From contig JAZKYX010000029.1 in assembly GCA_045612405.1 (NCBI GenBank), positions 36,621 to 100,620 on the forward strand: 64,000 nt of DNA. The letters run 5' to 3'. Made by a program: the position numbers and the translations under genes. Position 1 is the first letter of the stretch; every line of letters begins with the position of its first letter. This DNA is from Alistipes sp. (GTDB lineage: Bacteria; Bacteroidota; Bacteroidia; Bacteroidales; Rikenellaceae). Shown piece after piece: positions 1 to 8,704 of the stretch. The notes under the pieces are model-generated. The model made no database searches. It was given only the letters and a program-made list of their open reading frames with translations, and was not told the DNA's origin.

Positions 1-436
1 CAATGTAGGCAAACACCCAACCCTTGGCTTTGAGTTCATTGACAAGTGACTTGATTACATCACCACGGTACTCCTTCGAGGCATTCTCGTAGCCATCGGT
101 CACAATCGTCACAAGCACATTATCCGCATCGGCGACCTTGGGACGAAGTGCACCAAGCGAAAGTCCCATAGCATCATACAGAGCCGTCAGGTAAGATGGG
201 CAATAGTCATCCTCATTGAGTTCCTTTACCTCACACACTGGCACACAATCATAGATGGTCTTCACTTCGCAGTTGAAGCTCACCAGGCTAACAAAATGTT
301 CCTGGTCCTCATACTTCTTCTGCGCCAGGCGAATGGTCTGGATGGTTTCGTTCACGCTGTTGATAGCCTCGGTCTTGATGCTCTGCATTGAGCCACTCTC
401 ATCAATGATGATAAGATTAAAAATTCTTTTCTTCAT
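1..436 (-). CDS. von Willebrand factor type A (VWA) domain protein, 3' end runs off the window
   Basis: Not in the ORF track. Manual translation from ATG at 436: MKKRIFNLIIIDESGSMQSIK...LTALYDAMG...VLVTIVTDGYENAS...GWVFAYI. Has MIDAS DxSxS plus downstream T and D. Confidence 0.85.
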   Translation of the reverse strand, partial: MKKRIFNLIIIDESGSMQSIKTEAINSVNETIQTIRLAQKKYEDQEHFVSLVSFNCEVKTIYDCVPVCEVKELNEDDYCPSYLTALYDAMGLSLGALRPKVADADNVLVTIVTDGYENASKEYRGDVIKSLVNELKAKGWVFAYI

Positions 437-492
437 AACTTTAATAAATTTAAGTTTGTCACTCAATCTTATTGAGAACATACAAGCCCAAC

Positions 493-505
493 TTCTATCA
501 CTTTT
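493..505 (-). promoter_or_regulatory. 13-bp motif AAAAGTGATAGAA (minus strand) upstream of the VWA gene
   Basis: Exact copy of 1426..1438, which lies upstream of the DUF1810 gene. Confidence 0.5.
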
Positions 506-540
506 GCGCAAAAAAAAATCCACAAAAAGTTGATTTTTCT

Positions 541-936
541 TTACTCCTTATATCCAATCACAGCAATAATACTCACATCATCTGTGCTTTCAGAGTTTTC
601 ACCCACACCCCACATAATATTGCAATTTTCACCCATCTGCACAGCCCTTAACAGCTCCATCACCTGGCCGTAACCTACCGAATCCATATCTTCTCGCACG
701 GTAACGCCAAGCATCAACATCTTCGCTTTGTCGCGTCCAGCCTCGGTAAGTTCATCAACCAATGTAGTGTTCAGCTCCGCATTCCAGCTATTGCCCACCA
801 CCTTGACGGCTTTAATCTGGTCTGATGAGTGTTTCAACAACGCGTAATCATTCATATCAAGGGCCACCAATGCTGATGTGTAAACCAATGACTGCTCAAC
901 CATCTGGTCAATCTTCTGAATTTGTGTAAGAATCAT
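541..936 (-). CDS. Stand-alone FtsZ/tubulin C-terminal-domain-like protein (no GTPase domain)
   Basis: LVALDMND resembles FtsZ LINLDFAD; KAKMLMLGVT resembles GARGVLVNIT; NCNIMWGVGEN...DDVSIIAVIG resembles NATVVIGTSLD...DELRVTVVATG. 131 aa. Confidence 0.6.
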   Translation of the reverse strand: MILTQIQKIDQMVEQSLVYTSALVALDMNDYALLKHSSDQIKAVKVVGNSWNAELNTTLVDELTEAGRDKAKMLMLGVTVREDMDSVGYGQVMELLRAVQMGENCNIMWGVGENSESTDDVSIIAVIGYKE

Positions 937-941
937 AATTT

Positions 942-1388
942 TTAGTTTTTAAGTTTTAATATTTTCAATGTCATATCGCATCTCTCGCCTTGATAAAAGG
1001 CATCGAGTACCTGAGCAAAAATATCGTCTGGCGACAAGGCGTCAAACAGAGTCATCGAAGAGCGCAGCTTCAAAGCATCCGCACAACCAAGGATTGTCTC
1101 CACCTGCTTCTGCTTATGACACAGCAACGCACCACATATCTCACGCAGACGCTCCACGAGCAGAGGGTGCTGCAAATAGCTCAACGCCTCGGCCCTATCC
1201 TCAATTCCGTAATAGATAGCAATATCGCTGCGCGACAACATCCTCAACTGAGGAAAAATATACCATATCCAATGGCTTCGTTTCTCACCTCCACGAATCT
1301 CGCTCAGCGCCTGAACATAACTACCATAATAGGGTGCGTTTTGCGCCTCTACAAATCTCTCAATCTCATTTGCCGCAAACTTTTTCAT
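942..1388 (-). CDS. DUF1810 family protein
   Basis: Signature 'ERFVEAQ..Y..ALSEIRGGEKRSHWIWYIFPQL' and 'YLQHPLL..RL', 'DALKLRSSMTLF', 'FAQVLDAFYQGERC'. Confidence 0.9.
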   Translation of the reverse strand: MKKFAANEIERFVEAQNAPYYGSYVQALSEIRGGEKRSHWIWYIFPQLRMLSRSDIAIYYGIEDRAEALSYLQHPLLVERLREICGALLCHKQKQVETILGCADALKLRSSMTLFDALSPDDIFAQVLDAFYQGERCDMTLKILKLKN

Positions 1389-1425
1389 AAGCGTTTTTAT
1401 TTGTTAGAGTTTACGACTCTTGGAT

Positions 1426-1438
1426 TTCTATCACTTTT
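1426..1438 (-). promoter_or_regulatory. 13-bp motif AAAAGTGATAGAA (minus strand) upstream of the DUF1810 gene
   Basis: Exact copy of 493..505. Confidence 0.5.
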
Positions 1439-1442
1439 CTCG

Positions 1443-1478
1443 AAAAAAAAGCGACTCTCAGAATTTTCAGAGAGTCGC
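1443..1478 (-). terminator. Rho-independent terminator of the steroid reductase cluster
   Basis: gcgactctc/gagagtcgc stem with A8 (U-tract on minus strand), 12 bp past the SDR stop. Confidence 0.8.
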
Positions 1479-1489
1479 TATTATAAAAT

Positions 1490-2299
1490 TTACTGTTGAA
1501 ACTTCATTGTGAAATTGCGTAACCATCGCATAATCGGGCCGCTAACAAGCATCGCAAACGGTATAAATAGGCGAAACCACCAATCAGGCACCTTGCAACG
1601 CTGACCTCTAAACATTCCATTCAATGAACGACGGGCACAACTTTCGGGAGTCATCAGAATACCCGTTTTGACACCAAACTTCTGCAATTCCTTGCTCAAT
1701 CCATACAAATCTGTAGCAATACCCGCCGGACATATAGCCGTCACGGTCACGCCCTTATCCTCAACCTCCTTCGAGAAGGCCACCGAAAAACTCTTCAAAT
1801 AGGCCTTACTTGCACTATACAGCGACAATCCAGGGTAAGGCATCCAAATCGAATATGACGACATATTGAGGATTCTTCCTCCGCCTCTTTGAATCATATC
1901 CTGAGCATAGACTCTACACATCAAGGTCGAAGTAATGTCGTGGAGGTAAATCATTCGCTGAATTCTCTCAACAGGCGTATTGAGAATATCACAGAACGAG
2001 AATATTCCTGCATTGTTAATCAGCACATCAACTTTGATTCCCTCCTGCTCGGTCCAGGCAAACATCTCCTCAGCCGCCGTAGGTGACGCCATATCCTTGG
2101 CATAGGCTCTCACCCACACCCCTTGGTTGATTTTCGCTACTTCCTGGGCGCTCTCTTCCAGAGCCTCAGCTTCGTCGGCTACCATCAACACATTATATCC
2201 CAGCATAGCCAATCGCTGGGCATAGCACTTGCCAATACCCTTCGATGCGCCTGTTACCAGGGCTGTCTTTGTTCCTGCTACAACTTCTCCTCTACGCAT
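1490..2299 (-). CDS. SDR family NAD(P)-dependent oxidoreductase (putative hydroxysteroid dehydrogenase)
   Basis: TGASKGIG, NNAG and YSASK motifs. ATG at 2299 follows the upstream TAG by 1 nt; the ORF track uses TTG at 2311. Confidence 0.85.
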   Translation of the reverse strand: MRRGEVVAGTKTALVTGASKGIGKCYAQRLAMLGYNVLMVADEAEALEESAQEVAKINQGVWVRAYAKDMASPTAAEEMFAWTEQEGIKVDVLINNAGIFSFCDILNTPVERIQRMIYLHDITSTLMCRVYAQDMIQRGGGRILNMSSYSIWMPYPGLSLYSASKAYLKSFSVAFSKEVEDKGVTVTAICPAGIATDLYGLSKELQKFGVKTGILMTPESCARRSLNGMFRGQRCKVPDWWFRLFIPFAMLVSGPIMRWLRNFTMKFQQ

Positions 2300-2300
2300 C

Positions 2301-3530
2301 CTACAATCCAAGTTCTTTTCGTATAACCTTAGGCAAGTTTTCGCAATGGTGACAGCACTTCATATCCACCGAGTACATACGTGCAATGCAGTAATCCTTG
2401 TGGTCACAACCCGAACGGGTAGCAATATCACCAGCCTTCATCTTATTGACAAAACCTGGGTCGTTAATCAATGCACGCGCCATCTGCAACATCTCAAAGC
2501 CCTCGTCCAAAGCCTTCTCGCAACCCTCGCGCGACACCAATCCGCCCACATATACCAACGGGCCCTTCAATGCTGCACGGAACTTTTTGGCATTCTCCAA
2601 GAAGAAACACTCCTCAAAGTCATACTGTTTAATCATCCACTGACCAAACAACGACACCACAATCTTCTGCAACCACTCGTTCCAGCCCATATAGTACCCC
2701 ATTGTCTTGGTAGGGATTCTACCGCGCATCACCGCCATAGGAGCGCGCGACACAAAACCCGACGAAAGGACAATACCGTGAACGCCAAATGACTCAATCT
2801 GCTTGGCGATCTCGATTGACTCTGGCACCTGAATTCCGCCACGGAATCCATCCTCCATATTATGTTTAACCAACACAGCCATATTACACTTGGCAGCCTG
2901 CTCCATAACCTCCTCCAAACACATATTCATAAATCGCATACGATTTTGGAGCGAGCCACCAAATTCGTCTCTACGACGATTGGTCCAAGGCGAGAGGAAC
3001 TGTGAAATCAAATATCCGTGACCTGCGTGCACCTCCACACTATCAAAGCCAGCATCGTGAGCCGTCTTGACAGCCTGACCAAAATCCTTGGCCATAGTGA
3101 CCAACTCCGCAGGCTTTAATTTGCGGTGGAACGTAGGTGAATAGAGGTTAAAGCCATTAGACGCTGACACGGGGAAACAACCCGCCGTATCCCAGTGAGT
3201 CATATTTCCGCAGTGGCCAATCTGAATACCCACAGCGGCGCCCTCACGATGCACTGCATCGGTAATGTCACGCAACTGAGGCACAATCTCATCGCGCAAC
3301 CACAACTGAGAGTTGAACGAAATACCGCTACGATTTACCGAAGCATAAGCCAGAGTTGTCATACCAACTCCACCACGCGCAACACTGACGTGATAATCCT
3401 TCAAAGCCTGAGTAGGCGAAAAATCCTTACCCATAGACTCAAATGCGGCAGAGCGTATCGTACGATTACGCAATGTCACAGGACCCATCTGATATGGGGT
3501 GAACAATAATGATTCCTTGATAACCTTCAT
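2301..3530 (-). CDS. NADH:flavin oxidoreductase (Old Yellow Enzyme family), putative steroid 5-beta-reductase
   Basis: LRNRTIRSA, VEVHAGHGYLISQFLSPWTNRRRDEFGGSLQNRMRF; C-terminal Cys cluster; adjacent to a 5-alpha-reductase. Confidence 0.85.
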   Translation of the reverse strand: MKVIKESLLFTPYQMGPVTLRNRTIRSAAFESMGKDFSPTQALKDYHVSVARGGVGMTTLAYASVNRSGISFNSQLWLRDEIVPQLRDITDAVHREGAAVGIQIGHCGNMTHWDTAGCFPVSASNGFNLYSPTFHRKLKPAELVTMAKDFGQAVKTAHDAGFDSVEVHAGHGYLISQFLSPWTNRRRDEFGGSLQNRMRFMNMCLEEVMEQAAKCNMAVLVKHNMEDGFRGGIQVPESIEIAKQIESFGVHGIVLSSGFVSRAPMAVMRGRIPTKTMGYYMGWNEWLQKIVVSLFGQWMIKQYDFEECFFLENAKKFRAALKGPLVYVGGLVSREGCEKALDEGFEMLQMARALINDPGFVNKMKAGDIATRSGCDHKDYCIARMYSVDMKCCHHCENLPKVIRKELGL

Positions 3531-3544
3531 TCCTAATGATATTT

Positions 3545-4315
3545 CTAATAAACAAACGGTATGATACGCTTTCTACCGAGCGATGTGAATTCCTGACCGA
3601 ACTCCTTCTCATAACGCTTATATAGCGACGAGGAGCGTGGTGCGAGATTTGCAAACGTCCACCACACAAAGACAACACCTGCCCACGACCACGAGGCAAT
3701 AGCGAAGCCCGTCCACTCCAAAATCTCACCAAAATAGTTTGCCGACGATACAAACTTAAACATTCCGCCACGAGGAATATAATGATTCTTATCTCCTGGC
3801 TTTCGCAGATTGCGGATAATATAATCGGAGTGAAGGTTCACAGCCATACCAGCCACAAACACCGCAGCACCAATCCAGATAAAAGGCTTAGAGAACCAAT
3901 CGGCATAATAGTTCTCGGGCGCCAAGTAGAAGATCCAACCACCCTGCATCAAGGCGTTGAGTGTATTAAATACCATACCCATCACCACAATACCCAATGG
4001 CATCTTCGAATTACCACGCATCAGGAGCGGGAAGATAAACGAACGCTGGAAATAGTGAATCTGGAACAGAGAAAACAGCACCAAAGGTACGGCATCCCAC
4101 TGGCGTGGCGACATAGCCCACAACACACACATCAAAATGAATACGGGCGACTCCATCATCACCCAACCAACCTTGTTTGGTATTGGTCGGCCATAGCGTC
4201 TATCGAACAAATAACCATAACCAGCCTCGAAGAATTGCAATCCCACGAAGACAAATAGTGCGACCACAGCCATCACTATCAAAAAAATATTATACGTCGA
4301 AACTAAATTTTCCAT
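3545..4315 (-). CDS. 3-oxo-5-alpha-steroid 4-dehydrogenase (steroid 5-alpha-reductase family)
   Basis: Multi-TM protein with GWVMMESP, HYFQRS, NLHSDYIIRNLRKPG, YIPRGGMFKFVSSANYFGEILEW motifs. Confidence 0.9.
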   Translation of the reverse strand: MENLVSTYNIFLIVMAVVALFVFVGLQFFEAGYGYLFDRRYGRPIPNKVGWVMMESPVFILMCVLWAMSPRQWDAVPLVLFSLFQIHYFQRSFIFPLLMRGNSKMPLGIVVMGMVFNTLNALMQGGWIFYLAPENYYADWFSKPFIWIGAAVFVAGMAVNLHSDYIIRNLRKPGDKNHYIPRGGMFKFVSSANYFGEILEWTGFAIASWSWAGVVFVWWTFANLAPRSSSLYKRYEKEFGQEFTSLGRKRIIPFVY

Positions 4316-4350
4316 TGCTACACATTTAATATAAAGTTTGGATAAACGCG

Positions 4351-4358
4351 CAAAGGTA
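4351..4358 (-). promoter_or_regulatory. Bacteroidetes sigma-A -7 element for the steroid reductase operon
   Basis: caaaggta = TACCTTTG on minus strand (TAnnTTTG). Confidence 0.6.
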
Positions 4359-4517
4359 GCAAAATTTCGCCACTCTGACCCACTATTTTCTCGATTTTAA
4401 TCATTATTCACAATTATTGGTCAAAATAGTCCAATGAGAGAGCGACTCAAACGAGGATTTTAACAAAGTGTTGATAAATTACTCACCGAAATAACTTGCC
4501 GTTGTCAAAAAAATATG

Positions 4518-4525
4518 TATCTTTG
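4518..4525 (+). promoter_or_regulatory. Bacteroidetes -7 element for purA
   Basis: TATCTTTG. Confidence 0.6.
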
Positions 4526-4568
4526 GGTGCAAAAAATGTCTTTTGCATAAATTGCTAACTTGATTATA

Positions 4569-5837
4569 ATGAAAAAAGTTGATGTAGTTCTCGGATTACA
4601 ATGGGGTGATGAGGGTAAAGGTAAGGTAGTTGATGTATTGACTCCTAACTATACCGTTGTAGCCCGTTTCCAGGGTGGACCTAATGCTGGTCACTCGTTG
4701 CATTTTGGCGACAAGAGTTTTGTATTGCGTACAGTACCTTCTGGTATCTTCCGCGAGGGTTCGATTAATGTCATCGGTAATGGCGTAGTGGTTGATCCTG
4801 TATCTTTGGCTGAGGAGTTGAAGAATATCGCCGAGCAGGGTATTCCTGTTAAGGAGAAGCTCTTAATCTCAAAGAAAGCTCATATCATTTTGCCTACTCA
4901 CCGTATGTTGGACGCTGCAAGCGAGGCTGCCAAGGGCAAATCTAAGATTGGCTCTACATTGAAGGGTATCGGCCCTACATATATGGACAAGACAGGCCGT
5001 AACGGTTTGCGTTTCGGTGATGTTATCTCGTCTGACTTTATTGAGCGTTACAATAAGCTCAAATCAAAGCACGAGGAGATGCTCAGCCAGTACAAGGGCT
5101 TTGAGTACGACGTTACAGAGTACGAGAAGACTTGGATGGAGGGTATTGAGTACTTGCGCGACTTTAAGTTCATCGACTCAGAGCAGGTTGTAAACGATTT
5201 CATCAACGACGACGTAGCCATCTTGGCTGAGGGTGCTCAGGGCTCACTTTTGGACGTTGATTTCGGCACATATCCATTCGTTACATCATCTAATACAGTT
5301 TGCGCTGGCGTCTGCACCGGTTTGGGCGTTGCTCCTACCAAGATTGGTGATGTATATGGTATCTTCAAGGCTTACTGTACTCGCGTAGGTAGCGGTCCAT
5401 TCCCAACAGAGCTCTTCGATGAGACTGGTAAGGAGCTTGGTCGCATTGGTCACGAGTTTGGTGCCGTTACAGGTCGTCCACGCCGTTGCGGTTGGTTGGA
5501 TTTGGTAGCGTTGAAGTATGCTGTGATGGTTGATGGCGTTACTCAGCTCATAATGATGAAGTCTGACGTAATGAACGACTTTGACACTATCAAAGTTGCT
5601 ACTGCATACAAGATTAATGGCGAAGTTGTTGATCACTTCCCATACGAACTTACCGACGACTTGGAGCCAGTATATACTGAGTTCAAGGGCTGGAAGTGCG
5701 ACATCTGCAAGGTGCGCAAGTATGAGGATTTCCCAGTAGAGTTCAAGGAGTATGTTGAGTTCATCGAGAAGGAGACAGGTTGTCCTATCAAGATTATCTC
5801 AGTAGGTCCAGACCGCGAGGAGACTATCGTTCGTTAA
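4569..5837 (+). CDS. purA: Adenylosuccinate synthetase
   Basis: GLQWGDEGKGK, RFQGGPNAGH, EGAQG, TGRPRRCGW motifs; ATG at 4569. Confidence 0.98.
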   Translation: MKKVDVVLGLQWGDEGKGKVVDVLTPNYTVVARFQGGPNAGHSLHFGDKSFVLRTVPSGIFREGSINVIGNGVVVDPVSLAEELKNIAEQGIPVKEKLLISKKAHIILPTHRMLDAASEAAKGKSKIGSTLKGIGPTYMDKTGRNGLRFGDVISSDFIERYNKLKSKHEEMLSQYKGFEYDVTEYEKTWMEGIEYLRDFKFIDSEQVVNDFINDDVAILAEGAQGSLLDVDFGTYPFVTSSNTVCAGVCTGLGVAPTKIGDVYGIFKAYCTRVGSGPFPTELFDETGKELGRIGHEFGAVTGRPRRCGWLDLVALKYAVMVDGVTQLIMMKSDVMNDFDTIKVATAYKINGEVVDHFPYELTDDLEPVYTEFKGWKCDICKVRKYEDFPVEFKEYVEFIEKETGCPIKIISVGPDREETIVR

Positions 5838-5855
5838 TTTCTAATTAACATAAAT

Positions 5856-5889
5856 AAAAAACCGAAGGTTTTCACCTTCGGTTTTTTTT
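5856..5889. terminator. Bidirectional terminator between purA and rubrerythrin
   Basis: aaaaaccgaagg-ttttca-ccttcggtttttt. Confidence 0.85.
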
Positions 5890-5904
5890 GTTGTTTGTAT
5901 TAAA

Positions 5905-6459
5905 TTACTTCTTGAAGTAGCGGTTATAAAGGCCCTGGAAACCAGCACCGTGGCGAGCCTCATCCTTTGCCATCTCGTGGATTGTATCGTGGATAGCATC
6001 GTGGTTCTCCTTCTTAGCCATCACTGCCAAGCGGAACTTATCCTCGCAAGCACCCTCCTCGGCATTCATACGCTTGAAAAGGTTAGTCTTTGTATCCCAT
6101 ACAACCTCACCGATGAGCTCAGCAATCTTAGCAGCGTGCTCAGCCTCCTCCCAAGCGTAACGCTTGAAAGCCTCAGCAACCTCAGGATAACCCTCACGGT
6201 CAGCCTGGCGACTCATAGCCAAGTACATACCTACCTCAGTGCACTCACCCATAAAATGCTCCTGCAAACCAGCCCAAAGCTCCTCGCTTGCGCCCTTGCC
6301 GTCACCAAGCTTATGCTCTGTCACGAACTCCAACGCGCCTGACTTCTCCTCTACCTCTACGAACTTCTCAGCTGGAACCTTACAAAGTGGACACTTCTCA
6401 GGAGCTGAATCACCCTCGTGAATAAAACCGCATACTGTACAACGAAATTTCTTTGCCAT
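5905..6459 (-). CDS. Reverse rubrerythrin / NADH peroxidase
   Basis: N-terminal rubredoxin CTVC...CPLC, then ferritin-like diiron EE..HA and DE.RH motifs. Confidence 0.9.
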   Translation of the reverse strand: MAKKFRCTVCGFIHEGDSAPEKCPLCKVPAEKFVEVEEKSGALEFVTEHKLGDGKGASEELWAGLQEHFMGECTEVGMYLAMSRQADREGYPEVAEAFKRYAWEEAEHAAKIAELIGEVVWDTKTNLFKRMNAEEGACEDKFRLAVMAKKENHDAIHDTIHEMAKDEARHGAGFQGLYNRYFKK

Positions 6460-6597
6460 AATAGTAAAATTTTTAAGTTTGTTCTATGTTTTAGTTTTTC
6501 TTATTTTTCCTGATGCAAAGATAGATGGAAAATCAATTTTTGCAATAGGTTATTGATAACACTTTTTTATAGTTTAATAATCTTGACTTATACCACT

Positions 6598-7551
6598 CTA
6601 CTCCGACAACAACCTCTCGATATACTCCACATCAGCGCAATCCTTGGCCATCACTCGCTTATCCTTATCCAGGAGATATAGAGCAGGGATAGCTCTCAAA
6701 TCATAGAGTCTTTCGCTCTCGATACGTTGTCCTGCATCATAACCATTAATCCACGACTTTGGATAATCATCCAACTTATCGCGCCAAGCCTCAATGTCCT
6801 TATCGGGATAGATAACCACAACCTTCAAATCCCCTCGTTCGATCAACTCCTGCAACATTGGCGAGGCAATAATCTGTTCCTTCACATCACGACACATCGG
6901 ACAGCCAGGGTTACTTATAAATATAAGTGTATAATCGGCCTTAATCTGATATAGTCTTCCCTCCTTACCCGAAGCAAGCGTAAATTTAAAATCATTCGCA
7001 AGGCGATTAATACGATTCTGTCGTGCTATCTCCAAATCAAACTCATAAGGCATACGCTCATATTCATCCAACCACTCGCTCTGAACAATACTCTCTAAAA
7101 CGGGAATATATCTCTCGTCGCTTCGCAAATGTGAGTTCGGATCGTTCAACACCGTCTGTGCAAGCCACATAAAATACTCATACATCCGCTTCGAGGTTGA
7201 GGCTCGCTGCATCAAACGTGGCATATATTTATAAGCCAACGTATCAGGAACATAGCCCACCGCATATACTGCAAAAGCTGTCAACATACGCGCAGAATCA
7301 ATCTCGGCAATAAAAGTAGTATCGGCAAAATCAAACTTATCCCAATAGTGCTCACGCATATACTCTCCCTTGTGCTCCTCGGTCATAGTCGATGGCGGCA
7401 AAGCAGGGATAAAGACCCTTGGTGACTTTACCTCCCCTTGATTCAAGGCTACCACTGATCCAGCCTCAGCCGGTATATTCTTAGGCGTATTGCGACATCC
7501 AGTAATCATCGCCAACACAAAAATCAAAACTACGATTACTCTAAAACTCAT
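6598..7551 (-). CDS. DUF5106 domain lipoprotein with C-terminal thioredoxin-like domain
   Basis: Lipobox (ITGC), 'YMREHYWDKFDF', CPMC motif, 'LYDLRAIPALYLLDKDKRV'. Confidence 0.8.
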   Translation of the reverse strand: MSFRVIVVLIFVLAMITGCRNTPKNIPAEAGSVVALNQGEVKSPRVFIPALPPSTMTEEHKGEYMREHYWDKFDFADTTFIAEIDSARMLTAFAVYAVGYVPDTLAYKYMPRLMQRASTSKRMYEYFMWLAQTVLNDPNSHLRSDERYIPVLESIVQSEWLDEYERMPYEFDLEIARQNRINRLANDFKFTLASGKEGRLYQIKADYTLIFISNPGCPMCRDVKEQIIASPMLQELIERGDLKVVVIYPDKDIEAWRDKLDDYPKSWINGYDAGQRIESERLYDLRAIPALYLLDKDKRVMAKDCADVEYIERLLSE

Positions 7552-7595
7552 AACATTAGCTATTTGTAATTACAACGTCAATTCAGACTCTCAAA

Positions 7596-8111
7596 TTACA
7601 TTTCATCTCCAAAATCTATCATCGAGAACAAATCCACCTCCCGTGGATAGATATTCTCAACCGTTACATATTGACGCTTAGCGTAACCCACCGTATAGGC
7701 CGTACCGCTACCCTTCTCTCGATTCCACCACGCCACCAAGTGCGAGGCGTTATCCACCAGATAGCGATTACGCTCCATCAAGCTCTTGACGCCAGACACC
7801 TCTCCGACCACCACTCTATCATCGGCCGCCGCCAGAATATCATCATACATCACCGCATCGTCACCCTTAAACAGCAAGCGAAACCCACAATAAGGTTCCA
7901 CAGCAACCAATTCAACATCTGGCTTACAAGATTTTAACCTCACAACTAACCGCGCCGCCGCCAAATCAAAGCCCCACGCCATACCCACAAGGAAACGGCG
8001 AAATCCTACATCGTAGAGTTGCTCGATTATGGCATAGAGTTTTTCATCATCTCTACCATCATAGCTTCGATGACCACTAAACGCTGCCGTAATATTTTTT
8101 TCATCATTCAT
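7596..8111 (-). CDS. SLOG family protein (YpsA/DUF1273)
   Basis: AFSGHR, GMAWGFDLAAA, ERNRYLVD, SGTAYTV motifs; ATG at 8111 preferred. Confidence 0.85.
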   Translation of the reverse strand: MNDEKNITAAFSGHRSYDGRDDEKLYAIIEQLYDVGFRRFLVGMAWGFDLAAARLVVRLKSCKPDVELVAVEPYCGFRLLFKGDDAVMYDDILAAADDRVVVGEVSGVKSLMERNRYLVDNASHLVAWWNREKGSGTAYTVGYAKRQYVTVENIYPREVDLFSMIDFGDEM

Positions 8112-8179
8112 ATCATACAAAAATAATATTATGGCTCGTAATTTGCAACATAACTCCACGAATTAATACTAATAATATT

Positions 8180-8353
8180 ATGAAACACACAGGTATTTGC
8201 AGCCTCATCTCATTCTTCGGAGGCATTTTGGTTGGCTCGGTTGCCGCTATGCTCACAACCCCACAATCAGGTGCTGAATTGCGCAACAAGATTCGTGATT
8301 ATGTAGATCAGGAGGCTGAGAAAATGCGTTGTCACTGCAACGACGGTAAGTAA
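8180..8353 (+). CDS. YtxH-like small protein (57 aa)
   Basis: Not in the ORF track. MKHTGICSLISFFGGILVGSVAAMLTTPQSGAELRNKIRDYV... matches the YtxH pattern G..vGa.aalL.aP.SG.ElR..I. Confidence 0.8.
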   Translation: MKHTGICSLISFFGGILVGSVAAMLTTPQSGAELRNKIRDYVDQEAEKMRCHCNDGK

Positions 8354-8365
8354 AATTTCCGACCT

Positions 8366-8704
8366 ATGGCCAACGATAAGACGCTTTATAAAAAGAGATT
8401 GCTGCTGCCCCTGCTTAGCTTTGGCTCAACCATCCTCGCCGCCATCATTTTGTTGATGACAGCATTGGTGATTTGGCTCACCGAACTAATCGGCTCAGCC
8501 TCATTGGCAGCCCTCATCCTGGCCTGTGGATTTTTGGCTATCTCGTGGATTATCTACTCCATCTGGACACGCGATGTGGTGGAGTATATCGACAACAAAC
8601 TAAACACAATCTACGACGTCGCCTACACCGCACGCTCAGGCTATGAAGCCCTACGCTCGTTCGCCGTCAAGCTCTTTTTCAGCTTGGTCAAGCACCCTCA
8701 ATAG
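8366..8704 (+). CDS. Two-TM membrane protein, YqjE / phage-holin-like family
   Basis: Two hydrophobic helices, directly downstream of the YtxH gene. Confidence 0.55.
   Translation: MANDKTLYKKRLLLPLLSFGSTILAAIILLMTALVIWLTELIGSASLAALILACGFLAISWIIYSIWTRDVVEYIDNKLNTIYDVAYTARSGYEALRSFAVKLFFSLVKHPQ

Noticed and set aside
6505-6580. Possible OxyR or PerR box upstream of rubrerythrin
   Set aside because: The ATAG/CTAT-like half-sites do not have the required N7 spacing.
8366-8704. Holin-like gene as a sign of a prophage
   Set aside because: No phage structural, lysin or integrase genes nearby; YtxH plus holin-like membrane gene pairs are ordinary chromosomal genes.
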